Shown: in pieces, positions 56,959 to 64,000 of the stretch
How the letters are laid out: every line of letters starts with the position of its first letter
Position numbering within the stretch: the stretch's first letter is position 1
Origin: Selaginella moellendorffii
Lineage: Eukaryota > Plantae > Lycopodiophyta
DNA length: 64,000 nucleotides
Assembly (NCBI RefSeq): GCF_000143415.4
Contig: NW_003314303.1
Span: forward strand, 1,594,785 to 1,658,784
Direction: 5' to 3'
Notes under the pieces: model-generated
Seen by the model: only the letters and a program-made list of their open reading frames with translations
The model's database searches: none
Told to the model about the DNA's origin: nothing
Position numbers and translations under genes: made by a program

Positions 56959-59019
56959 TTACTGTGGGAGTGTAAGCTCGTGGTTAGGGACGCTGTCTGG
57001 TGGATCTGTCCCATCTTCCTGGAGGTCGGCTACCTCAGCCAGCAGGGCGGTATGATCATCCTCGAGTTTTCGGTAGCGGGTGTTGAGCTCTTCGTATTTG
57101 AATTTGTAGGTGAATTCGTGAGCTGCTGATGGGGTTGATGGCTGCTTGGAGACGATCTTCCTGATGTCCCGGAGGTCAGTGCAGATCTGCTTCATCTCTT
57201 CAATCTGAGTATCCAGCCGGTGGTTTAAAGGCTCATAAAATTCCTTCTTGATCGCTCCCCGGGTGTATATGAAGGAGTCTTGCTTGAGAAGATGCTGTGC
57301 AATGTCGGCTGGTGTTGGGAAGTAGTTTGCTTGCTCGCGGTGCATGCGTTGATCCAGGGCTTCAAACAACTTGCGGGTGCAGTAGCTTGGGTCGCGAAGT
57401 TTATCTTCGTACTCCTTCCTGATCTCATCATAATCACGGCGTACCTGACTCTGTGGCTGAGGCATGGTTGCTGCTCCTGCTCCTGCTCGGTGATCCTGGT
57501 GTTTCTCGCTAGGGGTCGCTCTGTTCTTGGTCCCGGGAGTTGAAGTTACTGGAGGCTGAATCTGCTTCGTTGGATGTGGGTGACGTGGTTGGGCCAGATT
57601 CTTTGAGGTGGTTGGAGATGAGCTTTTCAGTTTGATGGTGGATGAACGGCCCAGATGTGGCGTTGAAATTAATTTATCCGTTGAGAAATTTTTCGCTTGG
57701 AATTTTGTTGAAGGGGCGGAATTTTTGTGAATGCTGGTCGTGGTATTTGCTGGAAGAGACATGGTTGCGTGTTCTTCAAGTGATTGGCGAAGGTAGTCAA
57801 TGTTTTCTTTTGTAGAACGTGTCAAGGAGGTCAGGGCGTTGAGAATGTTGTTCTCAGCTGGTGTAGAAATTGAGTTCTGGGCGATCAGCTGACGTTTTTC
57901 TTTGGCAATGTTGATGTGTTTGTGAGAAGTTGTCGGTTTTGGGGCTGATTCGAGTGGATGCGGGTTCTGGGGTGATTGTTGATGGTGGTGTGAGTTGTGT
58001 TCCTTGTCGCTGATGATGAGGTGCTCTCGGATCAGCGGTTTGGGAGCTGGATTCGCTGGTGTTTTGCGTGTGAAGCGGCGGCGAAGTGGAGTTGAATTGT
58101 TGGAGTGTTTGTTGCTGGAGCTGGTGTTGTTGGAGTGAGTTGAGCCTGATTGTTGAGATGCTGGCTTCTGTTTCTTGCTGGGAGTTGCTCCTTCTGATTC
58201 TGAGTGTTCTTCGGAGCTGTCGCTTTGTTCTGTAGAGTTCGTTTGGGTTGTCCACGGTTGCTTGTTGGGAAGAGCTTGGTGTAGAGCGATCAGCAGTGGG
58301 AAGATTACTGTGCGCATGGTCTTCTTGTTGAGTGTGGCGAGGATGGCGCGGTCGAGAAGCTTGAGAAGGAGCTCGTGGAGATGGTGAGCCACGTTCACAC
58401 GTTTGCCGTCGAGTAGAGCTCCGTAGACTTCTGCTGTGCGCTTGCCGATGGTGCGATCTGTTGGGCGAAGTTCGTAGTAGAGGAGGAGGGCTTTGAGTCG
58501 ATCCATATGCTGCTCGTCGATGTCCTCCCATGTGAGCTCACCGGTAATTTCTCGATTGGCCTTGATGATTTGCTGTGGAACTTCTCCTGAAAATTTGAGC
58601 ATTCCCTTGTTAGAGATTTTGAAAACAGAGGCGATTCTTGCTGGGCTGAGGGTGATCTCATTGGTGCCGTCGGTTATGGTGCTGTTCTTGGGGTTGAAGG
58701 AGGCGGCCAGTTTCCTCGCTAGTTTTTGATCAGGGTGTGTTGAAAAGGCCTTGTGGAGGAGCTCGAATCCGTGGTCCTTGAGCCAGGTGGTTGTGTCGTT
58801 GCTGGGAAGCCTAGGAATATGGTGTATGACGTATCTGAGGCATCGGGGTGGATGAGCTGGCATCTTTCTCTTCATTTTCTGCGATCGAAGTGCTCGCCCC
58901 ATTAGGGTTCTTGAAACCTGTAACTGTTGGTTGGCTGATCGTGCAGCGCTCGATTGCTGGTGATGAACGGTCGAGATTTGTTGACGGAATTGATGTGGTT
59001 TGATTTGGCTTGATTGCAA
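56959..59019 (-). CDS. Extra retrotransposon ORF (up to 686 aa) between the integrase and the PPT; function unknown
   Basis: Long intact sense ORF: a globular N-terminal domain, an S/T/P/N-rich disordered middle, and a C-terminal coiled coil. Confidence 0.7.
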   Translation of the reverse strand: MQSSQIKPHQFRQQISTVHHQQSSAARSANQQLQVSRTLMGRALRSQKMKRKMPAHPPRCLRYVIHHIPRLPSNDTTTWLKDHGFELLHKAFSTHPDQKLARKLAASFNPKNSTITDGTNEITLSPARIASVFKISNKGMLKFSGEVPQQIIKANREITGELTWEDIDEQHMDRLKALLLYYELRPTDRTIGKRTAEVYGALLDGKRVNVAHHLHELLLKLLDRAILATLNKKTMRTVIFPLLIALHQALPNKQPWTTQTNSTEQSDSSEEHSESEGATPSKKQKPASQQSGSTHSNNTSSSNKHSNNSTPLRRRFTRKTPANPAPKPLIREHLIISDKEHNSHHHQQSPQNPHPLESAPKPTTSHKHINIAKEKRQLIAQNSISTPAENNILNALTSLTRSTKENIDYLRQSLEEHATMSLPANTTTSIHKNSAPSTKFQAKNFSTDKLISTPHLGRSSTIKLKSSSPTTSKNLAQPRHPHPTKQIQPPVTSTPGTKNRATPSEKHQDHRAGAGAATMPQPQSQVRRDYDEIRKEYEDKLRDPSYCTRKLFEALDQRMHREQANYFPTPADIAQHLLKQDSFIYTRGAIKKEFYEPLNHRLDTQIEEMKQICTDLRDIRKIVSKQPSTPSAAHEFTYKFKYEELNTRYRKLEDDHTALLAEVADLQEDGTDPPDSVPNHELTLPQ

Positions 59020-59299
59020 ATCAATGGTGGATATTGGTGATGAAGTTAACTCAAGTTCAACTGTTGATATTTGCTCAGGTGGCGTTGATCCAACGGTAGC
59101 TTGGGACTTACAGATTTTTGCTGCTATTTGTTGCTGAAGTTGGTGGATGAGTTCGTGTTGAGTTGAGTTGAGTTGTATCGAACTGATTTGAGTTAAAGTT
59201 TGTCTATTGGGGTGAGTGTTGATTGTTGGTTTTGGGGTGTTTGTCGGTTTGGGTCTGAAATTTGTTGAGGTGCTGATGTTGAATATGTTGACGTGATAT

Positions 59300-62200
59300 G
59301 GTCGAAGCTTGTTGAGGTTGACGATCTCAGTGAAGTCTTCGGCGAGTGTGCTGACTTTGGCGGTGCCGTTGGGGTATAGTTCAATGATTTTGAAAGGTCC
59401 TTGCCAGTTGGTGTGGAGTTTTCGGCCAAGTTTGCCGATGGGTCCTCGGTACCAGAGAACATGGTCGTCGACGCTGTATTTGGGAATGTTATGCCAGGAT
59501 GCTTGTCGGTCGTGCCGAGCTTTTCTCTCTTTTTGGATGGCGTGAAGTGTCCAAAGGGCATTTAGTCAGAGTTCGTCGAGATGTTCGAGTTGCTGAAGCC
59601 TTTCTCGAACTGCATGTCGGGTGTCGAGATTATACTTGACGGTGACTCGCATGCTTGGGACGATGAATTCGATTGGCGTGATGGCTTCTGTTCCGAAGGC
59701 GAGTTTAAATGGCGTCATGTCGGTGGTGACTTTATAAGCAGTTCGATAGGCCCAAAGTACATCAAGAAGTTTGTCGTCCCAGTCTTTGCCGGAATCGTTG
59801 ATGACTTTTTTGAGGATGGTCTTCAGTGTTTTGTTCGTTGCTTCTGCTTGACCGTTGCCTTGAGGATAGTATGGTGTCGACATTTTATGTCGGAGTTTGA
59901 ACTCGGTGGCGAGATGTTCGATTGTTTGGTTGATGAAATGGGTGCCTCTATCGGTGACGAGTTCAAGTGGTGTGCCGAAACGAGTGATGATATTTTCATA
60001 GATGAAGGTTGCTGTTGCTTTTGCTGTGGCATGTTGGAGAGGTATTGCTTCGGCCCACTTGGTAGTGTAATCGGTGGCGACGATGATGTACTGATTTTGT
60101 CGACGGGTGCTGACTTGGGGTCCGACGAAGTCGAGTCCCCATTTCTGAAATGGTGCCATTGGGAATGTTGGGTTGAGTTGTTGAGTCTGAGTTTTCGGTG
60201 GTAATCGGTGTCTTTGACATGTGTCGCAGTGTTTGCAGAATTCTTCAGTGTCGTGCCAGAGTGTCGGCCACCAGAGGCCGGCTTGAAGAATCTTCCGAGT
60301 GGTTGTGTCAGCAGCGAAGTGTCCGCCGGAAGGTCCATCATGAGCTTCCTTGATGATTTGAGTTGTGTGTGGCTGCTTGATGCATCGGCGAAGAATGTTG
60401 TCAATTCCGAGTTTGTAGAGAGTGCCTCCAATGATTGAGTATCGTCGGGTTTTAGCAACAAAAGTCTTCTTTTGGTCGGACATAGTGTACTAATCTGGAA
60501 CTTTTGCTGAGTTGAGGTAACTGAAGACGTCATCGAGCCAGGTTGCTGGTATTGAAACTCGGAATAGGTTTGAGTCGGGTAAGTCATCGGTAAGTATTTC
60601 GGGTTTGTCGCTGGTGGTGATCCGGCTGAGATAATCTGCTTGTTCATGATTTTTGCCAGGTTTGTGGACGATCTCGAAGTTGTATTCTTGTAGTAAAAGG
60701 AACCATCTTGATATTCGACCAGATAGTATTGGCTTGTTGATGAGGTAAAGGAGTGCCTTGTGGTCGACGAAAATTACGACTTTAGTTGACAGTATGTAGT
60801 GTCGAAACTTCTGAAGTGAGTAGATCATGCCGAGAGCTTCTTTCTCGGTGGTGGTGTAATTTCGTTCAGCTGGGTTGAGTAGTCGGCTGGCGTAGTAGAT
60901 CGGTTGATCGCAGTTGTCGTGTTGAGTTTGGCTCAAAATTGCACCAGTGGCGACGTCGGAAGTGTCGACATGAATGTGGAACTCTTGTGTCCAGTCGGGC
61001 TTGGCAAGGATCGGTGCTCTTGTTAGTTTGAGTCGGAGATTATCGAATGCTTGTTGCTGTTTCGATGTCCATGTCCATTGGGCATCTTGTTTTAGTCCAT
61101 CGGTGAGTGGTTTGGCAATGTGAGCGTACTTGTGGATGAATCGTCGGTGATATCCGACTTTGCCGAGGAAGCGCCGAAGTTCTTTCTGGTTCTTCGGTGG
61201 TTCAAGTTTGGAGATGACGTCAACTTTGTCCTTGTCGATGAGAATGCCATCTTTGCAGACAACGTGGCCGAGGAGTACTCCAGATTTGACGAAGAAAGCG
61301 CATTTGTCGGGGTTGAGTGCTATGTTGTTCTCCTCACACTTGTTGAGGCATTTCTCCAGGCATTCAAGATGTTGATCTTCCGAGCTGAAAACGCTGAAGT
61401 CGTCCATGAAGACTCTCATGAAGTCAGTGAGGTAGTCTCGGAAAGTGTTGGTAACAAGCCTTTGGAAGGTGAATGGGGCGTTGCAGAGTCCAAAAGGCAT
61501 TCGTCGATAAGCATAGGCTCCCCATGGACTGATGAATGCTGTCTTGTACTGATCTTCTTCGGCGATGTGAATTTGGTTGTAGCCGGAGAAACCATCGAGG
61601 AAGGAATACATCTCGTGTCCAGCGACTGCGTCAAGAACTTCGTCGGTAAATGGTATCGGGAAGACATCTTTTTCAGTGGCGTCATTGAGCTGTTTATAGT
61701 TGACGCAGATTCGAAGTTTGCCGTTTTTCTTCGGCACAACCACCAGTGGTGAAAGCCATATCGGATTCTGAATCGGGTAGATATACTCAACTTGGAGAAG
61801 CTTGTCAAGTTCTTTCTTTACTTGTTCCATCAGATTCGGGTTCATCCGGTAGGCTGCTTGTCTTCTTGGTTTTGAGTCAGGAAGAAGGGTGATGGTGTGA
61901 AGGCTGAGTTTTGGCGAAACTCCCTTAAGGTCTCGATAACTCCAAGCGAACAAGTGTTTCTTCTTTCGGAGAAGATTGATGCCTTTGTCTCGAAAACTTG
62001 CCGAGATGTCAGTGGCGAGTACAATGTAGTGTTCGTTGCCGTCGTCGGCAAGGCTGACTTTTTCGAGTTTTTGGTCTGCTGGAATTGACGGAATGTAGGC
62101 AACTTTGTTGTGGTTGTCGACTGTGAATGCCGGTGGCGCTTCGAGTTTTGTATCTCGAGTGACTAGATTTTTCAGTGCTGATGTAATCGGGGGTCGTTCT

Positions 62201-64000
62201 TGTTGGAAGTCAGCGACAATTCGGAAGAGGTCGATCTCGGCCAAAGGTTTGAGATCGGGGTAGGCTGTGAGAATTTGTTGTTCTTGATAGTCGTCGAGGC
62301 CATCTTCGAGACTATATTCTTCCAAGTCAATAGGTCGGTTGTGGCTGGACAGCGATTTAGTCGCTTTTGTCGACACAGTTGTTGGTCCGTCTGGTCCGTG
62401 AAGGATAAGATTGTCATTGGGCCAATCTTGATAAACTTGGGCAGTTCGGAGCCAAGGTCGACCAAGGAGAATTGAGTATCCGTCGGTCTGCTCTGGTAGT
62501 TTGAGGACGACATAGTTGACTGGTATTTTGACGCCTTGAATGGTGGTGTTGACTTTTCGGATGATGCCTTTGGGTTGAACAGATCGGTGGTCGGCCATTC
62601 GGACATTGAAAGGTGCTGGGTGAACTGGGCCAATGTTGAGTTGTTGAACAAGACTTTCTTCAATAATATTAACGCTGGAGCCGCCGTCAATTATGGCTCC
62701 TCGAACAAGATGTTTGTCGAGTCGTAGGTCGATTGTCAGAACATCATTGTCACAATCGCCTGGTTGAATCTCGGTTCGAAATGTGTCAACAGCTGTCTGT
62801 GTCGAGTTGAGTGTGGGCGAGTCTATCAAAATGTTGGTCGGTGCAGATGTCAGATCGGTGAGCTGTTTGGTGAGGTAGGGTGCAATCTTCAGCAGTTGGC
62901 CGATGGTGATCTGAATATTTTGGTTGAGGATAGTCTCTGCGACTGCTTGGATTTTGTCGAAGTTTGCCGAATTGTGTTCTGGTGTCGGTGTCGATGTTGG
63001 ACGATTTGTCTGTCTGTTTTCTGGTATTGAGTCTTGGCATTGTTGTCGAGCTGGTGATGGTTGAGCTTCATTGTCAGAGTCTAAAATCACTAATTCGGGT
63101 GGGTGTAGAGCGAGTTGCTGCTGTATCTTGGCAGCTAACTTCTGCTTCTTTTTCCATTCCCGGAGTTTTGTCGGGCTCTCAGGGCCTTTCTCTTCACTAT
63201 CTCCGGAATCTCTGTCCGGTTGTTGTTGTTTTTCTGCTCGAATTTGTGCTCGGGTTTGTACTGCCATGACTTGAGGATCTGAGTCGTCATTGTCGGCATA
63301 AGGTAGTTCGTCGGTCTCGACCATCCTTGTTGTTGGTGGTTGTTGCTGGTTCTGATCTTGTTGTCGAGGAGGCGGTGGACCAAGTCTCGGCGGACCGCCT
63401 TGGTTTTGAAGTCGAGGTTGCCATAGTCGGTTGTTGTAGTTGCCTTGGTAGGCTTGGTCTTGATAACCTTGGCCTTGGTATCTTCGGTTTTGGTATCTTG
63501 GGTATTGTTGGTATCCTTGGTTGTAGTTGTCTCGGTTTGCCGGGTAGTTCCGGTTCGGCAGGTATTGTCGATCGTTGTAGTTGTTGTTGTAGTCGTTGTT
63601 GTAATTGTTGTAGTTGTTGTAGCGAGGTTGATCATTCCATTGTCGACTCTGGTGTTGGAAGTTGTTTTTGAGCGGTCTCCAGTTTGTTGGAGGTGGTGCT
63701 TGGTGATTGTCGAAGTATTGATTTGGATATGCTTGTCGAAACTGCTGTCGGGGAGAGTTCGAGACTTGTCGAACTTCTGGAGAATTTTGAAATCTGCAAG
63801 TCTTGGCGTCATGACCTTCTTTGGCACAGATTTGGCATTTGGAGATTTGGAGCTTGCAGTCACTTGCCAGATGTCCTTCGTTCTTGCACTTAGTACACCA
63901 AATTCCAGATCGAAATTCTTTGATGTCAGTCTTGGCTTTTCAACTTGAGCTTGTCGATTGAGTGCTCTATAGGGGAGGGCAGCAACAACAGGCGGAGCGC
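59300..64000 (-). pseudogene. Gag-pol polyprotein in a single frame, with in-frame stops at 60490-60492 and 59566-59568
   Basis: The frame is open from the window edge through PR-RT-RH. Stops read VPD*YTMSD and DEL*LNALW. Confidence 0.85.

Larger units (their letters stand above)
56563..64000 (-). mobile_element. Non-chromovirus Ty3/gypsy retrotransposon (Athila/Selgy-like) with an extra 3' ORF. 3' LTR 56563-56858; the element continues off the right edge.
   Basis: Gag double zinc knuckle (CTKCKNEGH..C, CQICAKEGH..C), PR IIDGGSS, RT LDGFSGYNQI and FMDD, RH, INT WGLDFVGP. PPT AGGGGAGCAGAG precedes a TGT..ACA LTR. Confidence 0.92.

Noticed and set aside
60484-60492. Programmed stop read-through between RH and integrase
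   Set aside because: Not at a gag-pol boundary, and a second nonsense codon (59566) indicates ordinary decay.

Overview
Eukaryotic plant nuclear DNA. Very short (46-81 nt) introns, intronless PLS-class PPR genes and dense TEs suggest the lycophyte Selaginella (inference). A compact gene island at about 9-24 kb holds an NB-ARC/ARM (RLS1-like) gene, two PLS-class and one P-class PPR gene, a steroid 5-alpha-reductase-family gene with a GC-AG intron, a YL1/RF2-like Gly-rich gene, tRNA-Ala(CGC) and a bacterial-type tandem GNAT with five introns. A locally triplicated cassette (about 24.1, 27.7 and 55.3 kb) carries an aegerolysin-family (pore-forming toxin component) gene with a signal-peptide exon. 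Each copy has been disabled in a different way. The rest is TE. It includes a PBS plus a 2.1-kb LTR with a hierarchical satellite, and a Ty3/gypsy element with an inverted RT segment and an 18S rRNA fragment in only one LTR. It also includes a three-level nest (copia > PIF/Harbinger > two chromoviruses) and a non-chromovirus Ty3/gypsy element with an intact extra 686-codon ORF inserted into the third aegerolysin copy.
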